Shown: positions 40,751-49,732 of the stretch, one piece after another
Layout of the letters: each line of letters starts with the position of its first letter
How positions within the stretch are numbered: position 1 is the stretch's first letter
Assembly: GCA_965203515.1 (NCBI GenBank)
Contig: OZ241907.1
Span: 896,001-960,000, forward strand
From: Spirochaetia bacterium
GTDB lineage: Bacteria; Spirochaetota; Spirochaetia; SZUA-6; Bin103
DNA length: 64,000 nucleotides
Direction of reading: 5' to 3'
The notes under the pieces: generated by a model
The model's input: only the letters and a program-made list of their open reading frames with translations
The model's database searches: none
What the model was told of the DNA's origin: nothing
Made by a program: the position numbers and the translations under genes

Positions 40751-41317
40751 GTGAGCGTGGTGCGGACCCTGCTCGACGGACGGCTGCAGGTGCGCACCGG
40801 CGACATCACGAAGCTCGACGTCGACGCGATCGTCAACGCGGCCAACTCGTCGCTGCTCGGCGGCGGCGGGGTGGACGGCGCGATCCACCGCGCCGCCGGT
40901 CCTGAGCTGCTGGCCGAGTGCCGACGACTCCGCGCCGCGGACCTGCCGGACGGGCTGCCGGCGGGGCGGGCGGTCGCCACCGGCGGGGGCAGACTGCCGG
41001 CACGTTACGTGATCCATACGGTCGGGCCGGTGTGGCACGGCGGCGAGTCGGGTGAACCCGGGCTGCTCGCGTCCTGCTACCGGACCAGCCTGGAGCTGGC
41101 CGTATCGCTGGACGGTGACGATCCGGTGCGAACCGTTGCGTTTCCGGCGATCTCCACCGGGGTCTTCGGCTACCCCAAGGACGCGGCTGGGCGAGTGGCC
41201 CATGAGTCGATCCGCGCGTTCCTGACGGGCAGCGACCGTCCGCGGCAGGTGATCCTGATCTTCTTTTCGGGAGATGATGCGCGCGGATTTCTGGACGCGA
41301 TCCGGGACGACCGCTGA
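40751..41317 (+). CDS. macrodomain O-acetyl-ADP-ribose deacetylase (YmdB-like)
   Basis: GDIT, IVNAAN..LLGGGGVDGAIH, HTVGP, FPAISTGVFGYP; start uncertain. Confidence 0.9.
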   Translation: MSVVRTLLDGRLQVRTGDITKLDVDAIVNAANSSLLGGGGVDGAIHRAAGPELLAECRRLRAADLPDGLPAGRAVATGGGRLPARYVIHTVGPVWHGGESGEPGLLASCYRTSLELAVSLDGDDPVRTVAFPAISTGVFGYPKDAAGRVAHESIRAFLTGSDRPRQVILIFFSGDDARGFLDAIRDDR

Positions 41318-41321
41318 GCCG
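41303..41321 (+). repeat. 19-bp direct repeat CGGGACGACCGCTGAGCCG (also at 42822-42840 and 45428-45446)
   Basis: Three exact copies; contains the macrodomain stop codon. Confidence 0.85.
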
Positions 41322-41533
41322 CTCCCGGCCCGCCGCCAGCGGTAGACGCACTTGCGGAGTTCGCGGCGGCCGAAGCGGCCCATCTGCTGGCTGGCGTTGC
41401 CCTTGCCGCGCGGCAGCACGCCGATCTCCGCGCACGTGAACCCAGTTCCAGCGCATAGGTGCGCGTGTAATCGTAGCGATTGGCGTAGGGCGGCGAGGTG
41501 ACGGTCAAGCCGACCGACCGGTCGGCAAGCCGC
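41322..41533 (-). pseudogene. diverged fragments of the DNA methyltransferase at 43881-45314
   Basis: Match ~43894-44018 and ~44402-44494 (TSPPYANRYDYTRTYALEL) with scattered substitutions. Confidence 0.8.
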
Positions 41534-41752
41534 GCTGGGCAGCGCCGGCTGCCGGGCCGTCAAGGCGGTCTCGATGGACATCAACAGCGCCTACGAACAG
41601 GAAGTGCGGCACCACTGTCCGCAAGCCAGAATCGTGTACGACCTGTTCCACGTCGCCGCCTCGCACAGCATGCGGAGCGAGCGAGCGGTAGCGCGCCGGA
41701 ATCAGCCGGCCGGATGAAGTCGGAGCGCGCCCACGGAAATGCCGGATGAGCC
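41533..41752 (+). mobile_element. ISL3 right-end fragment (copy of ~28616-28836)
   Basis: Same deleted transposase end and IR (ACGGAAATGCCGGATGAGCC). Confidence 0.8.
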
Positions 41753-41878
41753 AAATCGATCGTGCGTTCGCTTGACGCGCCGCCAACGGTAGTCGAATTA
41801 TTCAGATAGGATGATGGATAGCAGACGCCTGCCGTCGAAGCGCAGGCGCAGAAACTCAACGAGAGGAGGCGACAGGCC

Positions 41879-42241
41879 ATGGATACCCCCAAGACGATCG
41901 GTGAACTTCGGGAGCACTTGGTCGAGAAGGCGACCGTCGATGAGACGTTTCGCGCTCAGCTGATCGCGGATCCGAAGGCCGCCATCAAGGGCGAGTTGGA
42001 TCTGACGATACCCGACGGCTACACCGTCATGGTCCATGAGGACGTCGAGGACACCAGCCACGTGGTGCTGCCGCCGCCGGCGGCGCTCGCCGAGACCGAA
42101 CTGGAGGCGGCGGCCGGCGGAGCCGTCTACCGATGGAATGCATCGAGGGGCAACTACGTCGGCACCGACGCGGCGATCTCCTTCTGGGACGACTTCAACG
42201 GCCCGACCTATCACGGCGGCCCGAGGCACAACGCCGACTGA
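41879..42241 (+). CDS. NHLP RiPP precursor 3
   Basis: Paralog of precursor 2; core AVYRWNASRGNYVGTDAAISFWDDFNGPTYHGGPRHNAD. Confidence 0.9.
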   Translation: MDTPKTIGELREHLVEKATVDETFRAQLIADPKAAIKGELDLTIPDGYTVMVHEDVEDTSHVVLPPPAALAETELEAAAGGAVYRWNASRGNYVGTDAAISFWDDFNGPTYHGGPRHNAD

Positions 42242-42340
42242 CCGGCCCTCCCGACTGACGACGGAGGTTCCGCTGCAGCCGATGCGGCCGGGGATCGTTC
42301 CCGTCCGCCGGCTGCAGCGGGAGACCGGCAGCGCCGTTTC

Positions 42341-42611
42341 ATGCGCAGACCGCCAGCGCCCAAAGCCGGCGCCGCCTTTGCGACGGTCCTGGCGGGGTGC
42401 CGCTCCCTGTTCCCTCCCGCGCTGCTCGGCGCGGCCGGTTGGGAGCGCCTCATGGAGCATGGAGCGGGCGCGGCGGCTGCCCCGGTGCGTGGCCGATCAA
42501 CAACACTTCGGCTTCGAGTTCCGCCTCGGAGCGTCGAGCCCGGCCGCCGACCTGTTCGTAGTCGTGCTCCCGGATTCGGAGCTGGCGCATCACTATGTCC
42601 GCGAAGGCGCT
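42341..42611 (+). pseudogene. truncated, frameshifted copy of the 29412-30503 enzyme
   Basis: Same N-terminus; 7-bp CATGGAG duplication; cut at ~42611. Confidence 0.8.
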
Positions 42612-42885
42612 AGTTCGGCCTGCCGCGCGCGCAGGGCCATCCAGCACTTCGGCGAGCGCCGCCTGCGACTCGAGCGCGGCGCGCGCCTGCGCCAGCACCT
42701 CCGGGCGCGGTAGGTCATCCGTCGACATCATTCCAACCTCATCCTCTATCAACGCCGCATTCGCGGCAGCGCTTCATGTGACCAGACCGAGCGGGTGAGC
42801 GGCGTGTGTGCTACCGTGTGGCGGGACGACCGCTGAGCCGATGGAGGGAGCTATCGTACGACAGGGTACGTTTCGCACTGGAACG
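42612..42885 (-). pseudogene. methylase fragment plus duplicated methylase upstream region
   Basis: Matches ~44200-44298, then ~45317-45490. Confidence 0.75.
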
Positions 42886-42947
42886 TATACCGATCGCATG
42901 TCGTCCTCCTCTCCTGCCGGTGTCATCCGACAAGACGTGTATTATCG

Positions 42948-43888
42948 TCAATTATGTGTTTCCGGTGCTATTCGCAGCCCGTGATGGAAGATTTCGTTCA
43001 TGAAGGCGGTCCATACGCGGTCATCATCGAGTAACCGTTCGATGTCGAAATCCGCTTCCATGCGCATCTCGCGGAGTCTGGCGCGCATCGTCGCAGTAAC
43101 GACGCCGACGATGAGGAAGCTCTTGCAATCGACCGGCGCCTCGTCGAACGTCTTCTTGATAGCCCCGAGTCGTTCCAACGCTCCTGCTGGATCCTTACCG
43201 CCCTTCACTTCGATGATCACCGCCCATTCCCGTTCTTCTCGAATCCGATGTCGGGTTCGGAGCCAAACAGCATACGGATGCCGCCGGTCAACTCCCATTC
43301 ATCGCGGGACTCGTCAGAGCTGACCAGCAATCCCTGCGATCGTACCCAGTCGACGAGGCGCTTCTTGATCGCCAGCTCAGCCTCCTGTCCGATGATGTTG
43401 CGGATGGCGCCATCCTCGGTGATGCCCATGGTCGCGAGTATGTTCCGATAGCCATCGTCCACGGTCCACTCCGTGTGATCTACGATCAGCGAGCTGATGA
43501 CCGCGTTATACAGACGGCATACCTTCAACGCCTTCGAGTCGCTGACTCGGGCGGTCGCGGGTTGTCGCTCCCAGGTGTCGATCGATCCAGCGATTTCCTG
43601 AACTCGCTTGCGCGAGAGCAGCGCGATGCCCCGGTAATGCAGGGAGGTGTTGGGTATGGTCTTGAGAAGCTCCGGATGGGCGAAGACCATGCGTGGCTCG
43701 ATGCCTGCGCCAGTTACGTACCGCCAAGCGTCGTCCGCAACACACAATGAAGTTCGATCGGTATAATCGAGATCACCTTCGAATCCTTCGATCTCCGCGC
43801 GTATTCGCAGATCCTCGCCTTTCGCAATTCGCCCGGCGATCTTGCGGGCACGGGAGATAGCGTCCTGCGTGCGGCCACGTTCAGCCAT
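42948..43888 (-). pseudogene. XcyI-like type II restriction endonuclease with one frameshift near 43230
   Basis: VFAHP...HYRGIA and FGSEPDI in one frame; IEVKGGKDPAGALERLGA.KK.F in another; lower GC. Confidence 0.7.
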
Positions 43889-45314
43889 CGGTTCCGCTCC
43901 CGGCCCGCCGCCAGCGGTAGACGCACTTGCGGAGCTCGCGGCGGCCAAAGCGGCCCATCTGCTGGCTGGCGTTGCCCTTGCCGCGCGGCAGCACGCCGAT
44001 CTCCTCACACGAGAACCCGCAACGCTCCGCAATGTCCGCCAGGATCAGGTCTACCGGTACCTCCTCGCCGTGGTACTGGACGTTGTCATTGACCATGATT
44101 ACCCAGCCGCCGGGTCGCGTGATCCGCGCCAACTCGGCGATCACCACCGCCATCTCGAAGCAGTAGTTGGCGACCAGACGAATGACGTGCGGGTTGCTCA
44201 GTTCGGCCTGCCGCGCGCGCAGGGCATCCAGCACTTCGGCGAGCGCCGCCTGCGAATCGAGCGCGGCGCGGGCCTGCGCCAGCACCTCCGGGCGCGGGTA
44301 CTCGCGGGTGAGCAGTTCTTCCTTGGACCGGTTTTCGACGGTCGAACTTATCAAGTCCTGCCGCAACCGCCCGAACGCGGCCCGGTCGTAGCCGAGCCAT
44401 GCCAGTTCCAGCGCATAGGTGCGAGTGTAGTCGTAGCGATTGGCATAGGGCGGCGAGGTGACCGTCAAGCCGACCGACCGTTCGGCAAGCCGCGGCAGTT
44501 CCCGCAGAGCGGAGCCTTCGATGATCCGCGGCGCGCGGCCGCGGTAGCGTTGGGCGAGCAGCGGCGCGTCGTGCCGGATCTCCCGGATGCGGCGGGCCAG
44601 CGCTTCGGCATAGCCGGGGATCGGCCCCTTGTGCATGCCGCCGCGCAGCGCGCGTCCGCACCTCAGATCCCAGCGCAGGTACTGCCCGTCCTTGCGCGTA
44701 TAGCTCACCTCTTCCAGGACGCTCATGCAGGCGACGTCGAGCAGCGACCGGATCGGCCCCTCTTCCAAGCGATCCAGGAAGGCTCTCGCCTTGGCGATAG
44801 CGTCCTCGGTCTCCGGCGGAAATGCCCGCGCGGTGATCGGGACGTGGGGAAAGCGGAATGCCGGCTCCGCATCCCGGCCGCCGAGCGCTTCCAGCAGCCC
44901 ACGTGCTGCGCGTTCGAGCCGACCGTCGTCGGACAGTTGCGCAGCCAGGGCGATGGCGCGGGCGGCCCGCGCGCCGACCGGCATGATTTCGATGCCGGTG
45001 GCGGGGCGGCGCGCTCCTCCGGCGACCAGCACCGCGGTGCCGATGCCGGCGAATGGGTCCAATACGGGGCCGGGGCCGGTGCGCAGGGCGGCGCGGACCA
45101 GCTCCGCAGAGAACCCCTCCTTGTACTTGAACCACCGCAGCCCCGGCTGCTCCTTGTTCGCCTGGTACGACACCAGGCGGCGATTCAGATCGCGCCGCAC
45201 GATCAGGCGGTCGCGGAACCGCTGCCGCAAGGCCTCCCGCGCCGCGCCGTCGTCGTCCGCCTCAGCGGAAGCATACAGGCCGATGCGTGGATCGACGCGG
45301 ATCACGGTCTGCAC
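43881..45314 (-). CDS. amino-DNA methyltransferase (probably N4-cytosine)
   Basis: WFKYKEGFS, DPFAGIGT (motif I), TSPPY (motif IV), KGNASQQMG; overlaps the endonuclease start. Confidence 0.88.
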   Translation of the reverse strand: MQTVIRVDPRIGLYASAEADDDGAAREALRQRFRDRLIVRRDLNRRLVSYQANKEQPGLRWFKYKEGFSAELVRAALRTGPGPVLDPFAGIGTAVLVAGGARRPATGIEIMPVGARAARAIALAAQLSDDGRLERAARGLLEALGGRDAEPAFRFPHVPITARAFPPETEDAIAKARAFLDRLEEGPIRSLLDVACMSVLEEVSYTRKDGQYLRWDLRCGRALRGGMHKGPIPGYAEALARRIREIRHDAPLLAQRYRGRAPRIIEGSALRELPRLAERSVGLTVTSPPYANRYDYTRTYALELAWLGYDRAAFGRLRQDLISSTVENRSKEELLTREYPRPEVLAQARAALDSQAALAEVLDALRARQAELSNPHVIRLVANYCFEMAVVIAELARITRPGGWVIMVNDNVQYHGEEVPVDLILADIAERCGFSCEEIGVLPRGKGNASQQMGRFGRRELRKCVYRWRRAGSGTDG

Positions 45315-45458
45315 TCTAGGTCATCCGTCGACATCATTCCAACCTCATCCTCTATCAACGCCGCATTCGCGGCCGCGCTTCATGTGACCGGGCCGAGCGG
45401 GTGAGCGGCGTGTGTGCTACCGTGTGGCGGGACGACCGCTGAGCCGATGGAGGGAGCT

Positions 45459-46406
45459 ATGGGACGAGAGGGTACGCTCGTACTGGAACGGCCGCTCGCG
45501 CAGACGCAGGATGCGGCGGAACCACCGTCGACCACGACCGCGCCGCTGCCGACGCGCCGGCTGGGCAAGACCGAACTGGAGGTGCCGATCCTGGGCTGCG
45601 GCACCGCGCCCGGCGGCATGGGGCTTGCCGACCGGGAAGCGATCGACCTGTTCCACCGGGCGATCGATCTGGGCGTCACCTACCTGGACACCGCGCCCGG
45701 ATACGGCCGCGCTCACCGGCAGCTCCGCGAGGTGCTGGCCGAGCGCCGGGACGAGGTGATCGTGGCCACCAAGACGCCGGTCGATACCGCGCGGGAGGCG
45801 CTCGATTCGCTCGCCCAATCGCTGCGCGACCTGGGTACCGATCGGGTCGACATCGCCTACATCCACCACCTGGGTCCGCGCGACGCGGAGCAGGTGCTGG
45901 GCAGCGACGGCGCGCTGGCCGGGCTGCGGCAGGCCAGGCAGGCCGGCATGACCCGCTTCATCGGCTTCACCAGCCACAGCCACCCCGCCCAGTCGGCGCG
46001 GGCGCTGGCCGAGCACGACGTGGACGTGATCATGGTGCCGGTCAACTACGGCGACCAGCACACGTACGGCTTCGAGCGGCAGGTGCTGCCGGTCGCGCAC
46101 CGGCACGACGTGGGCATCGCGGCGATGAAGGTGTACGGAGGCGCCGCGGCGATGAAGTACGACGCGCCGCGGCCGGCTGCGCTCACCGCCAAGGGGCCGG
46201 TCGACCACGAGCCGGCGATGCGCTGGGCGCTGGAGCAGGCCGGGGTCGCCATCGCCGTGATCGGCATGTTCAGCCGCACGGAGCTGGAGCAGAACGTGCG
46301 CTGGGCGCACCGCGCGCGGCCGTTGACCCCCGACGAACGGCGGATGCTCGACGCCGAGGGCAGGGCGCTGGCCAGGTCCTGGGGCGATCGCTTCGGCCCG
46401 CCGTAA
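45459..46406 (+). CDS. aldo/keto reductase
   Basis: RRLGKT, DTAPGYG, ATK, SL..LGTD.VD, RFIGFTSH, AMK. Confidence 0.9.
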   Translation: MGREGTLVLERPLAQTQDAAEPPSTTTAPLPTRRLGKTELEVPILGCGTAPGGMGLADREAIDLFHRAIDLGVTYLDTAPGYGRAHRQLREVLAERRDEVIVATKTPVDTAREALDSLAQSLRDLGTDRVDIAYIHHLGPRDAEQVLGSDGALAGLRQARQAGMTRFIGFTSHSHPAQSARALAEHDVDVIMVPVNYGDQHTYGFERQVLPVAHRHDVGIAAMKVYGGAAAMKYDAPRPAALTAKGPVDHEPAMRWALEQAGVAIAVIGMFSRTELEQNVRWAHRARPLTPDERRMLDAEGRALARSWGDRFGPP

Positions 46407-46448
46407 CCGCGTGGCCGTACCGACCGCCGGGAGAGGGGAGATGGACCC

Positions 46449-46763
46449 ATGAAGCGCATCACGATCGCCGCGATGGTACTCGCCACCGCGCTGTTGCTGG
46501 GCGGTTGCGCCGCCGGCCCGAACGCGCTCGGTAACGCGCCGGACCCCGAAGGACGTGTGGCCGGCTTTGGCCTGGGCGTCTGGCACGGGGTGATCGCACC
46601 GGTCACGTTCGTGATCTCGCTCTTCTCGGAGCGCGTGCACCTGTATGAGGTCCACAACAACGGCGGCTGGTACAACTTCGGATTCATGATCGGCGCGTGG
46701 ATCGCGCTGGCCGGTCCCGCCCACGGCGGGTCCCGCAGGCGTCGCAACCGATCACGCGAGTGA
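46449..46763 (+). CDS. conserved hypothetical membrane lipoprotein
   Basis: LGGC lipobox; GF..GVWHG.IAP and YEVHNNGGWYNFGF. Confidence 0.7.
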   Translation: MKRITIAAMVLATALLLGGCAAGPNALGNAPDPEGRVAGFGLGVWHGVIAPVTFVISLFSERVHLYEVHNNGGWYNFGFMIGAWIALAGPAHGGSRRRRNRSRE

Positions 46764-46799
46764 GGCGCCGGCGATAGCGACCGGTGCGCGAACGGAGTC

Positions 46800-47867
46800 T
46801 CAGCCCAGGTCGATGCCGTAGTCGGCGGGGTTCACGCCGGAGTCCTCGGCCAAGCCGCGCAGGCTGATGAGCACGTCCTCCGGCAGCTCGATACCCTCGC
46901 GCAGCGCTCGCTCGCGCCGCTCCCATTCCATCTGCCCCGGCAGGTAGATGCGCTGGCCCGGGGCCATCTTCGCGCCGGCGATCTCCGCGCTCATGGCGCC
47001 GATCCGCCGATGGAATTCATCCTCCGGCATGATGGCGCCCACGTCGATGGCGATGAAGGCGTGGCCCTGGTCGGACGGCTGCGGATCGTCGGCCACCCAG
47101 CTCCGCACGGCGCTCATCATGGCGGAGCCGGTAAGCACCGCGGTGAGGATCTCCACGAACACCGCCAGCCCGTAGCCCTTGTGGCCGGCCATCGGCAGCT
47201 GCGCCCCCGACTCCGGGAAGATGGTGGGGTCGGTGGTCGGGACGCCGTCATCGTCCACCAGCCAGGTGTCCGGGATCGATCGGCCCTCGTTCCTGGCGGC
47301 GAAGATCCGGGTCGCCGCCACCGCGCTGGTCGCTACGTCCAGCATGATCGTCCGCTCGGTGCCGGTCGGCGCGGCGTAGGCGATCGGGTTGGTGCCCAGG
47401 ATGCGGCTCTTGCCGCCGGGCACGGTCATGCACGGCTCCACGTTGCACATCGACATGCCGAACATGCCGCGTTCGGCGATCAGGTTGGCGTAATAGCCGG
47501 CCGCCCCGTAATGGCTGCTGCGCCGGACGCCGACGTAGGCCATGCCGGTCTGCCGCGCCTTGGCGACGGCGATCTCGACCGCCCGGCAGGAGATGGCCGG
47601 CGGCATGCCGTCGCAGGCGTCGACGATCGCCCACGACGGGCCTTCGGCGACGATCCGTTCCCGGGCGCCGGCCACCAGCCGGCCGCGGCGGGCGTTCTTC
47701 ATCAGCCCGCGAATCTGCCGCGTGCCGTGGGTGAAGGTGCCCCAGGTGTCGGTGGTGACGAACACGCGCGCCGACAGCTCCGCGTCACGCCGACTCAGCC
47801 CGGCCTGCCGCATCGCCTCGATGCAGAACGCCTCCAGCGCCTCGGCTCGAATCCTCACCGCTTCCAT
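46800..47867 (-). CDS. Ldh_2 family oxidoreductase (malate/L-lactate/ureidoglycolate dehydrogenase-like)
   Basis: G..THG, SSHYGA, GTNPIA, DVATS, GHKGYGL, YLPG. Confidence 0.88.
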   Translation of the reverse strand: MEAVRIRAEALEAFCIEAMRQAGLSRRDAELSARVFVTTDTWGTFTHGTRQIRGLMKNARRGRLVAGARERIVAEGPSWAIVDACDGMPPAISCRAVEIAVAKARQTGMAYVGVRRSSHYGAAGYYANLIAERGMFGMSMCNVEPCMTVPGGKSRILGTNPIAYAAPTGTERTIMLDVATSAVAATRIFAARNEGRSIPDTWLVDDDGVPTTDPTIFPESGAQLPMAGHKGYGLAVFVEILTAVLTGSAMMSAVRSWVADDPQPSDQGHAFIAIDVGAIMPEDEFHRRIGAMSAEIAGAKMAPGQRIYLPGQMEWERRERALREGIELPEDVLISLRGLAEDSGVNPADYGIDLG

Positions 47868-48013
47868 CGAATCATGATCCTCCCGTCCACGCGCACGGGC
47901 GGATGGTATGCCCCCGCGCTGCCGAAGGGAACCAGGGCGCCGGGACGGCCCTGGCGTGCGGACGCGCCGGCCGCCCCGGGGGCGCCGGTTCGGGTACCAT
48001 GGGCGGACATACG

Positions 48014-48499
48014 ATGACAGGTCCGCAACGCCGTACCCGCCGCCGACCGCGCGCCGTCGCGCCGGCCGGGCTCATGCTGAGGGCGGCGGCGCTGCTGGCA
48101 GCGGCGCTGCTGGCGGCGGGGCTGCTGGCTGCCTGCGTCACCGAAGTCACCCCCGATTGCCGCTACGGTCCGTCGGTGGTGAGGGTGCGCTATGAGGTGA
48201 CCTCGACCGCCGGGAGCGCCGACATCGAACTGTTCGACGCCGACGGCGATCTCGGTTCCTATCGCCTCGCGCCGACTCCCTGGCACCTGACCGAGCGGGT
48301 TCAGGGGGACGCGTACGTCCGGCTGCGAGCGCGGAACAGTCGGCCGCTCGGCACCGTGTCGGCGGCGATCTACGTGGACGATATCCTGTGGAAGCGGGAG
48401 ACCGGAGCCGGCGCGGTCGCCGTGGAGACCTACGGCATCATCGAGGCCGGCCGCGGCTGGAACTGCGGCTACGGCGTGTTCGTGCAGACCTGGGAGTAG
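48014..48499 (+). CDS. hypothetical lipoprotein
   Basis: LAAC lipobox; beta-rich domain with YEVT and PW. Confidence 0.55.
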   Translation: MTGPQRRTRRRPRAVAPAGLMLRAAALLAAALLAAGLLAACVTEVTPDCRYGPSVVRVRYEVTSTAGSADIELFDADGDLGSYRLAPTPWHLTERVQGDAYVRLRARNSRPLGTVSAAIYVDDILWKRETGAGAVAVETYGIIEAGRGWNCGYGVFVQTWE

Positions 48500-48522
48500 A
48501 CGAGGGGAGCCGGTCGGGCCGG

Positions 48523-49710
48523 TCAGTCCCGAAAGGGGTCGATCTCGTCCGGCGCCGCCATGGCGACGCCGATCGGATCGAGCACGTGGACCACGCGGAT
48601 CGTGCCGTCGTGGCAGTCCAGCACCTCCTCGATCCGCTTGTAGCAGTGCGGGGACTCGTCGGTGCCGGCGCCGCGCAGCTCCACGCCGCGCCGGTCGAGC
48701 CATCCTTGCATCATCGCGCGCGTGATCTTTCCTTGGGTGATCGGGATGCGCCGCCCGCGCCGGAAGCGGGACTTGCCGGCCGCCTGCGTGCGCGACATGA
48801 CGCGCCCGGCGCCGTGGATGGTGGAGTGCAGGGCCAACCGGGCCTCCGGGCCGTCGAGCCCCTCGACGATGACCGAGATGTCCCCCATGCTGCCGCCGAC
48901 GAAGCCGCGCTGGCCGGGAAAGGCGGGGGTCGCCCCCTTGCGCACGACCCAGAGGTCCTGACCGAAATGGCGTTCCCGCCACGCGAAGTTGTGGTGGTTG
49001 TGCACCTCGTCGACGATATGGGCGCCCAGCAGCCGGGCGACCCGCGCGCAGACCCAGTCGCGGCCGGCGTAGGCGTAGCGCCCCGCCAAGTCCATGCAGG
49101 CAAGGTATTCCCGGCCCAGGTCGCCGGCCGTGTCGAGGAGCACCGGATCGACGTGCATGCCGTCGGTGCCGCCGCCGGCCTCGATGAAGTGGGTGGCCAG
49201 CTTGTGGCCAAGACCGCGTGAGCCGAAGTGCGCGCCGGCCCAGACACGATCCTGTTCGTCCGTGAAGAGATCGACGTAGTGGTTGCCCGAGCCGATCGTG
49301 CCGAGCTGCGCGCGCGCCAGGTCGCGGAGCGCCGCGGCCTCCGGGATGTCCCACGCCGGGTCGTCGTCGAACAGCTCGTGATCGACCGGCTCCGGGTTCT
49401 TGCGGCCGATGCCGAACGACAGGGTGCGCCACAGGTCGTCCATGATGGGACCGATGTTGCGGCGCACCTCCGCGGCGCCGGCGTCGAGCAGCACCGCCTT
49501 GTTTCCGCAGGAGATATCGTAGCCGACGCCCGACGGGCTGATCCGGTCCGCGTAGGCGACCACGCCGCCGATCGGCACGGCGTAGCCGAGGTGGTGGTCG
49601 GCCATGAGCGCCGCGCGCTCGGCGCGCTCGGCGCAGCGCCGCATCTGTTGCACCGCCCCGGCGTCGGGTTCGCCCCACACCGGGATGCCGTCGACCAGCC
49701 GGTGACTCAC
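48523..49710 (-). CDS. rtcB: RtcB-family RNA ligase
   Basis: GVGYDISCG, GTIGSGNHY, HFGSRG, HNHHN, RKGAT, GSMG, HGAGR, DESP..YK. Confidence 0.93.
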   Translation of the reverse strand: MSHRLVDGIPVWGEPDAGAVQQMRRCAERAERAALMADHHLGYAVPIGGVVAYADRISPSGVGYDISCGNKAVLLDAGAAEVRRNIGPIMDDLWRTLSFGIGRKNPEPVDHELFDDDPAWDIPEAAALRDLARAQLGTIGSGNHYVDLFTDEQDRVWAGAHFGSRGLGHKLATHFIEAGGGTDGMHVDPVLLDTAGDLGREYLACMDLAGRYAYAGRDWVCARVARLLGAHIVDEVHNHHNFAWRERHFGQDLWVVRKGATPAFPGQRGFVGGSMGDISVIVEGLDGPEARLALHSTIHGAGRVMSRTQAAGKSRFRRGRRIPITQGKITRAMMQGWLDRRGVELRGAGTDESPHCYKRIEEVLDCHDGTIRVVHVLDPIGVAMAAPDEIDPFRD

Positions 49711-49732
49711 CGGCGCCGTTCGGCCGCTTTCT

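Noticed and set aside
48523..49710. Rtc RNA-repair operon or toxin-linked repair module
   Set aside because: No rtcA, rtcR, Ro/TROVE or recognisable RNA gene nearby; rtcB stands alone.
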